The notes under the pieces were generated by a model that saw only the letters and a program-made list of their open reading frames with translations, ran no database searches and had not been told where the DNA came from. A DNA stretch of 64,000 nt from Hypanus sabinus (lineage: Eukaryota), in contig NC_082717.1 of assembly GCF_030144855.1 (NCBI RefSeq), positions 106,516,001 to 106,580,000 of the forward strand, read 5' to 3'. The position numbers and the translations under genes were made by a program. Below are positions 1 to 12,925 of the stretch, piece after piece (position 1 is the first letter of the stretch; every line of letters starts with the position of its first letter).

Positions 1-1699
1 CCACCTACACCTGCATTCTCAGGAGATCTATCTACAGGTCCCTGTTCTGCATTGCTCCCCAGGGCACTGCCACTTACTGTTCTGGTTCAACAACCTAAAG
101 CTACACTTGAGATTTGTCTGAATTAAATTTCAGCTGTCATTTCCTGATGTACATCCTATTGTAGTCCAGACAGCCTTCACCAGTGTGTAATACACCATCA
201 ATGTTGGTGTTAACTGCAATGTTGTTGTCACGCACCTGTATTCTTATCCAGATCATCAGTAGACTGGATATGACAAACAAAAGGGATCCCACACCACTGG
301 GCACATGCCACCAATCTAAGAACAGTCTAAAGGGGACAGAAAGTTAGGAGAGCAGAGATGTGAGAGTTTGCCAGTATGGGAAGGGGTTACAAAGTGTGAA
401 AGGATAGGGTCCAAAGAGCCCGATGATGAGAATTGGAAACCTGGGGCAGGGAGCCAGTGCAGAAAGGCATTGACAGACACTCACTACTACCTGGGTGGGT
501 GGCAGAAAGAGAAGAGGCAAATGCCCACAGTGGAATAGCAGTTAAGCCCACCAGACTCCACCAAACTGCCTCCATATCCACATGGCAATGGCAGAGAGCT
601 AAGAGCAGCTCGTCTGATCCAGTTGTCACCTTCTCCATCTCTCCACAACCTGCAAGCCACAAGAAAAGCCCATTATCTCACCTCTCGTCTTCAAACCACA
701 GCAAGTACAGACTGACCCCACTTCAGTTCAGTTCCTGTCTCCACACCTGCGGGGAAAGACTCAACTCCACTCCCTGGTCCTAGCCCACCCCCATGGGTCT
801 TGCCTCTATCCTGTGATCACACCAGCACGGTGCTGAAAGAATATTGTCAGTGACAGCCATCTTCTATGTCATCATCTTTCAAATTGCTGCAGGAGGCAAC
901 AAGGGCAGAGTGAGCTGTCAATCAGAGGAGCTGCTGGGAATCCTGCAAGTATTGTAAATAGATCTCTGTATCTTTCCTGGCAAAAGGGGGCTTCACCAAG
1001 AGACATTTCAATGTGAAATCATTGACTGAGGAAGGGAAATGGAAACTGTCACTGAGGGAGAGGATTACAGTATTTGAAAAGGAGAACAACACGAGAAAGG
1101 AAGATAGTCAGAGCCCATCAGAAAAATGAAAAAAGTAAGTTTATCCTGAGATTTCTTTCTAAAAATACATTTAGTAAGTTCATATGGGAGCTATGGACAG
1201 TGCATCTGATGGATTACTGATCAAAAATCGGGAGATAAGAGAGAGTCCACTAGTCAGTGCCAAGCAAGATGACTACCTAAACTAATTCCATTTGCTCACA
1301 ATTGGTCCATATCTGTATTAACTTTCCCTATCCATAAAACTGACTAATGTGTTTTAAATACTAATACTGTGCCAGTGACCACTTTCACCTCAAATCTATA
1401 CCCTTTGGGTTTTGTTTCTCTGCTCTTGGGGAAGAAGACTATGTCTGGTAACCAGAATTCCTATAAATTCCTAGTTTATAGGAATTATATCTGTGTGTTA
1501 GAAATCCTTGATGCTTTATCCGTATGTTTAAGAAATGCTTGATACTTTGGAAATGATTTATGCTTTGGAAATGTTTTGTTTTAGAAATGGTTTGTAATTT
1601 GGACATGTTCTAACAAAGCGAGGGTATGAGATGGATCTGGAAGGTAAGGTTAAGGAATCTGCCAGAGGTTCTCTAGCTGTATGAACAGTGAAAGAGTGA

Positions 1700-2400
1700 C
1701 GGAGAGATTAGGTCACCTTAGAGATCAGCAGGGATGCTGTGATCTTGAGTCAAAGGAGGTGGGTGAGATTTATAATGAATACTTCTCAGTGTTTACTAAG
1801 GAGAAAATCATGGCCCAAGAGATCAGGAAAAGAAGTGGAGATCTTTTGTAGGACATTCATGTTACCAAGGAGGAGGTATTTGCAATCTTACAGCACATTT
1901 AGTTGGGTAAAAGCCTAGAGCCTGACCGAGTGCTTCCTTGGACTTTCTGGGAGGTCAGCGTACAAATTATGGAGCCCCTGTGGAGACACTTGCTTCATCA
2001 TTAGCCACCGGTGAAGTTCCTGAAGCCCAGAATATGCCATTGTTCTTCAACTATTTAAAAAGAATAGCAAGGATAAGCCAGGGTAGTCATCCTGACATAA
2101 ATAGTGGGGAAGTGACTGGAGGGGATTCTGATGGACAAGAACACCACCATAAGGATAGACCAGATCTTGTGATTAGGAGTCAGCATGGCTTTGGTGTGGG
2201 AGGGATAGAGGCTGGTGACTCGTGGTGTACCTCAGGTGTTGGTGTTGGCACCCTTGTTATTCATTTTTATATAAATGCTTTGAAAGCAAATTCACACAGC
2301 TTGGCCAGTGAGTTTGTTGATGACTCAAAATGAGGAGGTATTTTTGATAGTGAAGATGATCACGGGGGAGACAGACGCATTTCAATTCAGATAACTGTAC
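1700..2400 (+). mobile_element. Degenerate CR1-clade LINE ORF2 fragment
   Basis: Decayed CR1 motifs (aatgaatacttctcagtgtttactaaggag, agtcagcatggcttt, gagtttgttgatgac) similar to the better-preserved CR1 copies in this window. Confidence 0.7.
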
Positions 2401-2711
2401 GGTTACTAACTATGCCTCATCTGTGTTGTTTATATAAATGATGAAAAGCCCTGGGTCCAGCACCGATCTCGAGGGTATGAGATGGATCTGGTAGGTGAGG
2501 TGATCCCTGTGAAGTGTCACTAGTCACAAATCTCCAGTCCGATTTTAAAAAAAAACACCTTCGACCATCTCTCCTAACTTCAAGCCTAAGCTCCCTGCAT
2601 TGTCATATGATCACACCTTCCAGATTGTAGTTCCATGGGGGATCTGGTATAATCTGTGCTTCAGTGATGTTTTCCTTGTGAATGATGCATCTCTACACGA
2701 TGTGCCTCTGA

Positions 2712-3110
<399 letters not shown>

Positions 3111-3139
3111 ATCTGGCCTCGGCACCAAGCACAACAAAA

Positions 3140-3155
3140 GGCTCTTTTCAGAGCC
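3140..3155 (+). terminator. Histone 3' stem-loop of H3 copy 1
   Basis: aaaa-GGCTCTTTTCAGAGCC-a, 30 nt after the stop; downstream purine element (gtggaaactc) looks degraded. Confidence 0.92.
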
Positions 3156-3862
3156 ATTAACTCAGCAGTGGAAACTCCTAGTTGCTGTTCACTACCCATT
3201 TGTTATAGATACATCATTGCCCTCTGACCTTCCCCTGTGGGTGTTTTGTGTAATATTGTTCAATAAGACATCCCTGTTCGTTGCAGACTCCAACATGGCC
3301 GGACCCCGTCAACACCGAGAATCAGCAGTTCTGTATCGTTGGGTTAACGGCAGCGTGAACACCAGAGAAACTGTCTCGCTGTCAAAGAGTCCCTGTCCCC
3401 ATACCCCTGCCGTGTACAGTTGGTTGTTGTGGGGAAGGTTTCCAAGTATCTTTGCTTGTTACTGTTATGGAGAATGACCTTTAATAAATGTAACCTTCCA
3501 GTCGAGTCCACGATCGGTTCACGAGGACACAGCCGTCTACAGGGAATGGAATTCCCATTCTTTCCGAGAACATTTTTCACGTTGCAAACAACAGTTAGAC
3601 CGCAGTTTGAGAGAGACCTGTGCAGAACCTAATGATATTTATACACAGACCGACCGCGAATATAAACTGTGGATCGGTGTTTGGAAGCTAAATGACCAGA
3701 AACGTTCAAACTGGTGAGTTAATTAACACTTAGGCTGTTACTGTAAAATAAATCTTGATCGAATTAATGAGTCAATGCACATTTTTACAGACTATGGTTG
3801 AATAAGTAACTTTCGGCGGGCCTTTCAATTTCGGGCCATCCGGGGAACTGAGGTATTACTCT

Positions 3863-3898
3863 CTGTTCATTGGTGAATGAGGCCGCTCTGTGATTGGG
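3863..3898 (-). promoter_or_regulatory. Orphan double-CCAAT histone-promoter-like module
   Basis: Reverse complement cccaatcacagagcggcctcattcaccaatgaacag, homologous to 46689-46724 and 30134-30169. Confidence 0.55.
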
Positions 3899-3989
3899 TT
3901 AATGTGCTCACCATAAGAGAATGGGAGTTTAATCTCTAGACCCTTAATTGTAACAATGGTGCTCCTCGTGACCACGATACAAATGGGCT

Positions 3990-5090
3990 CAAGGTTAATT
4001 AGAAAGCTCAAAGATTGGTACAGGATTGGGCATTCCAACATCGAAGGACACACAAAGAAAAAGGTTCTGATGAGGTGATCTGAGCAGCTAGGGATGAAAT
4101 TAAAATATAGAACCAAGACGATAGTAAACTCTAGATTGTTACCACAGCCAAGTGCAAATTGGTACAGGGTTAGTAGGATTAGACAACTAACTATGTGCCT
4201 CAAAGACTGGTGTAGAAGTGGATTTTGAATTTGTGGGGCATTGGCTCCAGGATTGGGGAAGGAGGGAGCTGGGACGGGCTCCACCTGAACCATGCTGGGA
4301 CCAGGATCCCCATGAGTCACTGTGGATAAGGCTTTAAACTAAATGGCAAGGTGGTGGGGTGGGTTCCACTGTTTGGAAAAGTGAGGATAAAATAAAAGTG
4401 AAGGGAGTTCAGGAGAGGTTGCAGAAGTTTCCAGAATAAATAAACTGACAAAAGGTTACATTTCAAAGTACATTTCAAACTTGTGTTCAAAAGACAAACT
4501 GCAAATACAAAAATTAAGAAATAGTAAGAAAATAAGCAATAAATATTGAGAACATGAGATGAAGTGTCCCTGAAACTGAGTCCATTGCTTTGTCCATGAT
4601 GTAGTGCACACATTTTGTAGGCTCTTCCATTCAAAGGCATTGGAGTTTCCATCATATCAAAATGACAGGCAGAGGGAGTGGGGTGGCTCTGTTGGTTAAA
4701 AAAACCCATTAAAATCAAATCCTGAGAAGTGACATAGGATCAAAAGAAGCAGAATCCTTGTGGATAGATTTTTTAAAAACTGCAGGTTTAAAAAGACTCA
4801 GATGAGAACGATATACAGGCCTCAGAACAGTTGCCAGGATGTGGGGTATGAATTACCACGAGAGATAGAAAAGTCATGTAAAAAGGGGCAATGTTACAAT
4901 GGTTATGGATTTCAATATGTACAGGTGCATTGGGAAAATCCACCAGAAATGAGAGAATATCATTGAGTAGAATTGAGTGTAGTCCAGTGGTTGGCAGGCT
5001 GTGGGAGTCCATTAGTAACTATGATAGGCAGCATAGACAAAGGAGTGTCAGATGTTGTTTACTTGGATTTAGAGAAAGTCTTTTAATATC
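3990..5090 (+). mobile_element. Degenerate CR1 fragments (endonuclease region), interrupted by other repeats
   Basis: Decayed CR1 APE-region sequence (gggtatgaattaccacgagagatagaaaag...gttacaatggttatggatttcaatatg). Confidence 0.55.
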
Positions 5091-5099
5091 TTTTAAGTT

Positions 5100-5990
5100 T
5101 TAAGTTTTAAGTCTTTTAAGTTTTAATATCACCGGCATACATCATGAAATTTGTTGTTATGTGGCAGCAGTACATTGCAATACATAATAAAAACTAAATT
5201 ACATACATTAAGTTAAATAAGTAGAACAAAAAGAGGGTAAAAAAGGTAGTGAGGTTCATGGGTTCAATGTTCATTCAGAAATCTGACGACAAAGGGGAAG
5301 AGGCTGCTCCCGAATTGTTGAGTTTATTTCTTCAGGCTTCTGTACCACCTCCTGATGGTAGAAATGAAAAGAGGGGATGGAGTCCATAGTGATGGATGCC
5401 ACCTTTTTGAAGCATAGCTCATTGAAGATGTCCTTGATGCTGGGGAGGACAGTGCCCACGATGGAGCTGACTGAGTTTACAACTTCCTGCAATTTATTTT
5501 GATTCTGTACAGTGCCCCCCCCCCCACCCCAATACCAGACGGTGATGCAGCCTGTTAGGATGCTCTCCACGTACTTTCGTAGAAACTTATGAGTGCCAAA
5601 TCTCCTCAGACTCCTAATGAAATATAGCCACTGTTGTACCTTCTTTTTAACAGCATCAATATCATGGGCCCAGGAACTTGAGGTTGCTCACCTTTTCCAC
5701 TTCTGATCCTTCAATGAGGACTGGTGTGTGTTCCCATGTGTTACCCTTCCTGAAGTCCACAATCCATTCCTTGGTCTGATTGACATTGAATGCAAGAGCA
5801 CACATTCTGCTGATCCATCTCACTCCTGTATGCCTTCTCGTCACCATCTGACCTTTGCTAAAAATAGTTGTGTCATCAGCAACTTTATAGATGGCATTCG
5901 AGCTGTGCCTAGCAACACAGTTATGGGTGTAGGGAGCGTAGAGCAGTGGGCTAAACGCATATCCTTGAGGTGCACCAGTGTTGCTTATCT
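5100..5990 (-). mobile_element. Rex1/Babar-like LINE 3' fragment
   Basis: Minus ORFs TGAPQGYAFSPLLY..YKVADDTT..TKEWIVDFRK..KFLG and ESILTGCITVWY; short-repeat tail (taagttt)n near 5095-5125. Confidence 0.8.
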
Positions 5991-6019
5991 GTGATGAGTG
6001 GTTAGGGCGCAAAGGGATT

Positions 6020-7820
6020 TGAGAGTCCTTGTGCTCAATTCCTGAAAGGTTATTTTGCAGATTGAATTGGGAGTAAAGAAGACAGATGCAATGTCAGCAT
6101 TCATTTTGAGAGGATTAGAACATAAAAAGCAAGTATGTAATGCTGATGTTATACAAGGCATTGGTCAGAGAGACTTGGAGTATGGTGTGCAATTTTGGGC
6201 CCCTTATCCAAGAACTAAGAAAGCTTGGCAGGGTGGAGATATTCCTCTACTAATGGAGGTGTAAGGTGCTCCTTCCCTCTACTAGCTTACACGGCACCCT
6301 TGGGCACTTGCTTTGCCTCTGAGTCAAGGTCATGAGAAGCCATGGAAGCAGGTGGTGGATGGTCGCATGAGCAGCTGGTGCACATCACTGACACCAGGCA
6401 GACAATCCCTGAAGTGTATTGAAAATGGTTGGTGTCACCTGTCTTGTAAGGACACTGCCCAGAAGACAATGGCAAACCACTTCTGTATTTACCAAGAAGA
6501 ATTGTAGTCATGGAAAGCACATGATCATCATCTACACCATATGACATGGAACATAATGATCAAAGAAAGGAAGTGTTGGCATTGGAGGGGTTCATAATGA
6601 TCCGGGGAGTGAAAAGGTTAACACACCAGGAGTGTTTGATGGGTCTGGGCACGTACTCACTGGAATTCAGAAGACTGAGTGGGGTCGGGTCTCATTGAAA
6701 CCTATCAGTATTATAGTGGAGTAAAGGGAATTACAGAGGCATGAGAAAGGAGCTGACTAAGGTTGATAGGAAAGGGACACTAGCAGGGAGGAAAGCACAA
6801 CAGCTGTGGCTGGAGTTTCTGGGAACAATTTAGAAGGCACAACTACTGGTGACGTCAAAGGCAGCATAAAACCAAAGAAGAGCATATAATATAGCAAATT
6901 TTACAGTAAATTAGAGTAGGAAGATCTTAAAAACCAACTGAAGGCAACTGAATAAGGAGAGAAAAGATGAAATGTGGTTCATTTAGCCAATCATATAAAA
7001 GAGAATACAATGTTTTTTATTTGCAGATATTTAGAGAAAAAGAGAGGAGAGAGTGGATATTGGACTGCTGGAAAATGACCCTGGAGTGGTAGTAATGGGG
7101 TTATAGAAAAGGTGGACGAACTTAATAAATATTGTGCGTCATCCTCATTGTGGAAGACACTAGTAGTGTGCCTGAAATTTGAGAGTGAGTGTCATGGATC
7201 AGAATTAAGTGTACTGTAGTTGTTATTACTATGGAAAAGATGCTTGGAAGGCTGAAAGAGATAGCTAAAGCGATTGTGGAGGCATTAGTAATGATCTTTC
7301 AAGAATCACTACATTCTGGAATGGACCCAAAGGTTTAGAAAATTGTAAATGTCACTCCACCCTTCCAGAAGGGAAGGAGACAGAAAAAAGGAAATGAAAG
7401 ACCAGTTAAGCTTACTTCAGTGGTTGAGATGTTGGAACGCATTATTAATGATAAGATTTCAGGGTATTGTAGGCACATGATAAAATAGGCCAAAGTCAGC
7501 AAGGTTTCCTTAAGGGGCAGCCTTGTCTGACAAATCTGTTGGAATTCTTTAAGAAATAACAGACAGGATAGACAAAGGATGTTGCTGACAAAGATTTTTC
7601 AAAGGCATTTGAGAATGTGCTACATGAGGCTGCTGAACAAGATAAGAGCCCATGGTATTACAGGAAGAATACCAGCATGGATTGAAAATTAGTTGACTGT
7701 TAGGAGGCAAAGAATGGGAATAAAGGGGGCCATTTCTAGTTGGCTGCCTGCAATTAGTGGTGTCAGCAAGGGTTGGTGTTGGGACCACTTCTTTTCATGC
7801 TATATATCAATTATTTGGAT
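6020..7820 (+). mobile_element. Degenerate CR1 ORF2 fragments
   Basis: LEYGVQFWAPY motif (ORF 6055) and RT-region sequence (gtcagcaaggtttccttaaggg..ctgttggaattc). Confidence 0.75.
6226..6560 (+). mobile_element. RTE-related short non-autonomous element (SINE-like) inserted in CR1
   Basis: Contains cagaagacaatggcaaaccact, resembling the BovA/RTE motif GAAGGCAATGGCAACCCACT; second copy at ~58370-58700 (-). Confidence 0.55.
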
Positions 7821-7822
7821 CA

Positions 7823-8030
7823 TAAAGGTTCACATACTTTTTCCAACAAATACATGTAATATTTGATCTTTTTTCTCAATAAATAAATGAACAAGTATAA
7901 TGTTTTGTGTTATTTATTTAATTGAGTTCTCTATCTAGTTTTAGGACTTGCGTGAAGATCTGATCACATTTAGGTCATAATTATGTAGAAAAAGAAAATT
8001 CTACAGGTTTCACAAACTTTCTAGCACCTT
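7823..8030 (+). mobile_element. Isolated Tc1 3' terminal inverted repeat
   Basis: Matches the right end of the Tc1 element at 21848-22066 (aaaggttcacatactttt...gaaaattctacaggtttcacaaact). Confidence 0.8.
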
Positions 8031-8919
8031 TGTTTAACAATACTTTCCAATTCCTGTAATAAAGACCAATGTACTACCTCCCTCTGAATTGTCAAGATTA
8101 AATTCCATCTACCATTCCTCTACCTGATAAGCCAGTGAGAACAACTCTCCACCACCTCCCTCTGCCTCCTATAATTGATTTTAAATCCAGTTTGCCACGT
8201 CACCTTGTATCTCATGGGCTCGAATGGTTTGGACCAAACTCCCATGCCTGAAATGTTAAAGTCCTCACAGAAGTCTATGTAAACAACATTGCCCTCATCA
8301 ACACGTCACAACCTTTAGTGGGTAAGTTTCCAGAGTCAGTGAACAGTGCAGAAGAGCACAGTCTGGAATAAACAACTAGTCCAGTGTGGCAAGTACTGGC
8401 CCCTGCTGAAAGCAGTGACAGCCTCCGGGGAGGAAATCTGCCGTCCATCCCGGGCCTAAGTGTGACTCCCGACGCACGTCAGTGTCGCTGACCCTTCTCT
8501 GCCCTCTAAAATGGGCTGGAAAGCATTCTAGAACGACTGGGGATGCCCTCACGTCCGGAAAGAATAAAGCCATTTGCAGGAATGTCTCGCAGAGTGAGGC
8601 CATGCAGCCCACACAGGACAATACCTGTACTGACCCATACCATCCATCGGCTCACATCCTCCTAAATTCAGAAATCCTGCTCGTGGATTAGCGTTTGATC
8701 AGTTGCACACCCCGGTTATAAATAACATGGTCAGATCTGTGATCTACAGCCTCCTGTTACAAGAAAAACAATGATTCTCAACGTCAGCTTCCTACACCTT
8801 CACCGCCCTGCCAGAGTTACAGGTCCTGGGCGGATTGTGATGGGCCACAGCCAGGCACTGTGATTGGTCCCTTAATATGCCCAACATTGGATGAAATTAA
8901 CATACTAATTAATGACAAC

Positions 8920-9075
8920 CCCAGCTTTCTTGGATCCTATGTTAGCATAGGGCAGGAGCACTGCCTATTTAATCCAAACTCCGAGCCGGTTCCACCAGTT
9001 TCTGGGTCTGAGACCGACAGAGTATTGCCTGAATTGGTTAAAGCTTCCAAGAAGGGAGCAAGAAAGCCGTATGCA
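8920..9075 (+). pseudogene. H2B: H2B promoter, 5'UTR and N-terminal remnant
   Basis: Aligns with the reverse complement of 31680-31820: decayed octamer (atgttagcat), ctatttaa TATA, then ttg-cct-gaa = (M)PELVKASKKGARK; rest of the gene absent. Confidence 0.7.
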
Positions 9076-9603
9076 ACGCGCAATTTTATACTGTGAAACA
9101 TAACAAGCCATTTCTCGAAGATTTTCTGCTTGGAAATAATTGTAATTTATGTTGATGACAGCTTACTTGTCCATCTATTCGGTTCAATCTCGCCACCCGT
9201 TCCGCTGACACGAAGACTAACTCTTCCCGTATCAGCTGGTTTGATCTTCAGGCATGCACGCACAACTTTACACCAAGAGCTTATTCTTGTGAAGCAGATT
9301 TTTGCTGCTGCAATGCGGTGTAATTGATTTGAAAGTTGCTTATTACCTGCAGTTAGGTGTCTTGTAGCTGTCCTGAAACCCATTCCAATCCACTGAGGCA
9401 GATTTTTTGGTTTTTCATGGATTCTATTGCGCTTCTTTGTGGGTACTTGCACGAGGATAATTTTTTTTAACTAAATCCACACAGTCAATGTTATTAATGG
9501 ATTGGCTCCTATTTTCACACACCTGTAATTACTCTTGGATTGTTCTTATAAAATTATTTTCCTCTTAGTGGACTTCCATGGTTTTGGTGGACAGACAGTT
9601 AGT

Positions 9604-9740
9604 TTTGGCGCGTAGGACGTTGCGGATAGGTGAATTGCCACTCTTTGATTGGGCTTTTTCACTCAATGAGATCAGGCGGTTTACTGTCAATCAAGCGCCA
9701 ATTGGCAGTCATCCAGGAAGTGGTGACGTCACGCGAAAAA
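9604..9740. promoter_or_regulatory. Promoter-like module downstream of H2A (CCAAT, ETS, CRE, E2F-like)
   Basis: tttggcgcg, gattggg, ccaattgg, caggaagtg, TGACGTCA (9724-9731), cgcgaaaa (9732-9739); inverted homolog at ~30055-30240. Confidence 0.5.
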
Positions 9741-9949
9741 ATAATTTTCTGTAAAGTGAGGCGATTCAGGAAAGGGAGGGAGTTCGGGTTCAGGGAGAAT
9801 AATGCGCAGATAAATAATGTTTCTTTTTAGGAGAAAAAGCGGTTTAGACCAGGAGTTTAAGCTGCTTGTTGTCTACGACAGACACCCGGATCGGAAATCC
9901 CCCGGACCCACCACAGCCGGTGCTCAGCCCTTCCACAGACAATCTGAGT

Positions 9950-9965
9950 GGCTCTGAAAAGAGCC
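9950..9965 (-). terminator. Histone 3' stem-loop of H2A copy 1
   Basis: Reverse complement GGCTCTTTTCAGAGCC followed by actca and the purine-rich HDE gtggaagggctg. Confidence 0.95.
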
Positions 9966-9995
9966 TTTGGGTTTCTAAATTGTCGCTTTGTCTCT

Positions 9996-10427
<432 letters not shown>

Positions 10428-10434
10428 TCACCAA

Positions 10435-10580
10435 TTTTATAGCTTCTAGATGACTGCGGAAGGACACTTACGATTGGTGGGGCAATGCTTTCTCCGATTG
10501 GAGAATCACCCAATCACCCAATCAGCGAACTGTCTCATTCTCCAATGATCAGACCGCAGCAAGAAAAGCGCGAAAAATAA
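10435..10580 (-). promoter_or_regulatory. H2A promoter (TATA, multiple CCAAT, E2F-like ttttcgcgc)
   Basis: ttttata at 10435-10441, several gattgg/ccaat boxes, aagcgcgaaaaa near 10567-10578. Confidence 0.8.
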
Positions 10581-11089
10581 CTGTCACTCCCCAAAATAAC
10601 ATGAAATTTGAACAAGCTTCAAAGTATATTTACTATCAAAGTATGTATACTATATACAGCCTTAAGAGGCAAGCACAAGACAAAGACACCCAATGGAACT
10701 CGTTTAAAAAGAAGATTGACAAACACCCAATAAACAAAAAAAAGGAACAAATTGCGCATACAATAAACAAATAATACTCAGAACTAAAGTGAGTTCAGAC
10801 CCATAAACTCAGTCCTACTGATCCAGGAGCCTGTTAGTTACAGACCTCAGTTCAGCGCAGAGATAAGTAAACCTCACCAGGCAGCAAGCTGAACACCTCC
10901 CTCACCCTGGCTCTGACTGACTGACCTTTTCAGTCTGGCCTGGTGCTTAAATCGGCCAATCACTGGCCCATTCCTGGCTCGCAGGCCTAGTCTATACTGC
11001 TTTGATATGTTTTTGAGCCTGGGCCCAGCAAAGAAAAAAATGAAATTAAACAATAGACCAGAAGAGAGCAATGAGAAATCTCCCCGTGA

Positions 11090-11560
11090 ACGTGGACTCA
11101 CTGCACTCCCTCATAAAGTGAGATAACTGAGTGAATCTTTTCCCACAGTCCGAGCAGGTGAACAGCTTCTTCCTGGTGTGAACTCCCTGATGTGTCAATA
11201 GCTCAGGTGACTCAATGAATTCCGTCTCACACATGGAGCAGGTGAATGACCTCCCCTGGTGTGAATTTTATGTGTGTTCAGGTTGGACAACTGAATAAAT
11301 CTCCTCCCACGGTCAGAACAGGTGTACTGTCTCACTGTGGCATGAGCTCCCTGATGTATCTTTAAGCTGGATGACAGAGTTTGTCCCATCCCTCGTACTG
11401 GCCTCTCCTCAGTGCAAACTCGCTGGTGTCACTGTAGTTGGAAGACTGAATTTCATCCCTTCCCACACACCGAGCAGGTTAATGACATTTTCCTCACTGT
11501 GAACTTTCTGGTGTCTGTAGGTTGGATGAACGGCTGATTCCTTTCCACACTCAACTAAAT
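11090..11560 (-). pseudogene. C2H2 zinc-finger array pseudo-exon
   Basis: [25 protein letters not shown] and [23 protein letters not shown] in different frames; frameshifted. Confidence 0.85.
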
Positions 11561-11649
11561 TTTCCTTGCTATAAACTTCCTAATGCCTTTGTCAGATCAG
11601 ATAACATAGAAACCCCCACAAACTTCCCTCCACAACATTTCAAATATTC

Positions 11650-12509
11650 TGGTGCAGAGCCAACAACCTGTCTCTTAATGCGAACAAAACAAAAGAGATG
11701 GTTGTTGACTTCAGGAGGGCACGGAGCAACCACTCCCCGCTGAACATCGATGGCTCCTTGGTAGAAATTGTAAAGAGTACCAAATTTCTTTGTGTTCACC
11801 TGACGGAGAATCTCACCTGGTCCCTCAACACCAGCTCCATAGCAAAGAAAGCCCAGCAGCGTCTCTACTTTTTGCGAAGGCTGAGGAAAGTCCATCTCCC
11901 ACCCCCCCATCCTCATCACATTCTACAGGGGTTGTACTGAGAGCATCCTGAGCAGATGCATCACTGCCTGGTTCGGAAATTGCATCATCTCGGATCGCAA
12001 GACCCTGCAGCGGATAGTGAGGTCAGCTGAGAAGATCATCGGGGTCTCTCTTCCCGCCATCACGGACATTTACACTACATGTTGCATCCGCAAAGAAAAC
12101 AGCATCATGAAGGACCCCATGCACCCCTCATACAACCTCTTCTCCCTCCTGCCATCTGGGAAAAGGCTCCGAAGCATTCGGGCTCTCACGACCAGACTAT
12201 GTAACAGTTTCTGCCCCCAAGCTATCAGACTCCTCAATGCCCGAAGCCTGGACTGACACCTTGCCCTACTCCTGTTTATTATTTATTGTAATGCCTGCAC
12301 TGTTTTTGTGCACTTTATGCAGTCCAGTGTAGGTCTGTAGTCTAGTGTAGCTTTCTCTGTGTTTTTTTAATTATTACATAGTTCAGTCTAGTTTTTGTAC
12401 TGTGTCATGTAACACCATGGTCCTGAAAAATGTTGTCTCATTTTTACTATGCACTGTACCAGCAGTTATGGTCGAAATGACAATAAAAGTTGACTTGACT
12501 TGACTTGAC
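11650..12509 (+). mobile_element. Rex1/Babar-like LINE 3' fragment with (TGACT)n tail
   Basis: KTKEMVVDFRR..KKAQQRLYFLRRLRK..RSAEKIIG..HPSYNLFSLLPSGKR; ends aataaaagttgacttgacttgacttgac. Confidence 0.9.
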
Positions 12510-12529
12510 ATACTTTGCTATTTCTATCT

Positions 12530-12925
12530 GCAGAGAGTGGTGCAGACAGCCCAATACATCTGTAGGTGTGGACGTCCCACTATTCAAGACATTTACAAAG
12601 ACAGATCTCTAATAAGGGCCTGAAGGATCACTGGGGACGCGAGTCACCCCAACCACAAACTGTTCCAGCTGCTGCCATCCAGGAAACAGTACCGCAGCAT
12701 AAAAGCCAGGACCAACAGGCTTCGGGACAGCTTCTTCCAGCAGGCCATCAGACTGATTAATTCACTCTGATACAGCTGTATTTCTATGTTATATTGATTG
12801 TCCTGTTGTACATACTATTTATTATAAATTACTATAAATTGCACATTGCACATTTAGATGTAACCTAAAGACTTTTACTCCTTGAGTATATGAAGGACGT
12901 AAGTAATACACTCAATTCAATTCCT
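12530..12925 (+). mobile_element. Second Rex1/Babar-like 3' fragment
   Basis: ctgttccagctgctgccatccagg..cagcttcttccagcaggccatcagactg (LFQLLPS..SFFQQAIRL); tail caattcaattc. Confidence 0.7.

Noticed and set aside
8380-8720. CpG-containing stretch that might be a first exon or ncRNA
   Set aside because: No recognisable RNA motif, second copy or convincing splice structure.
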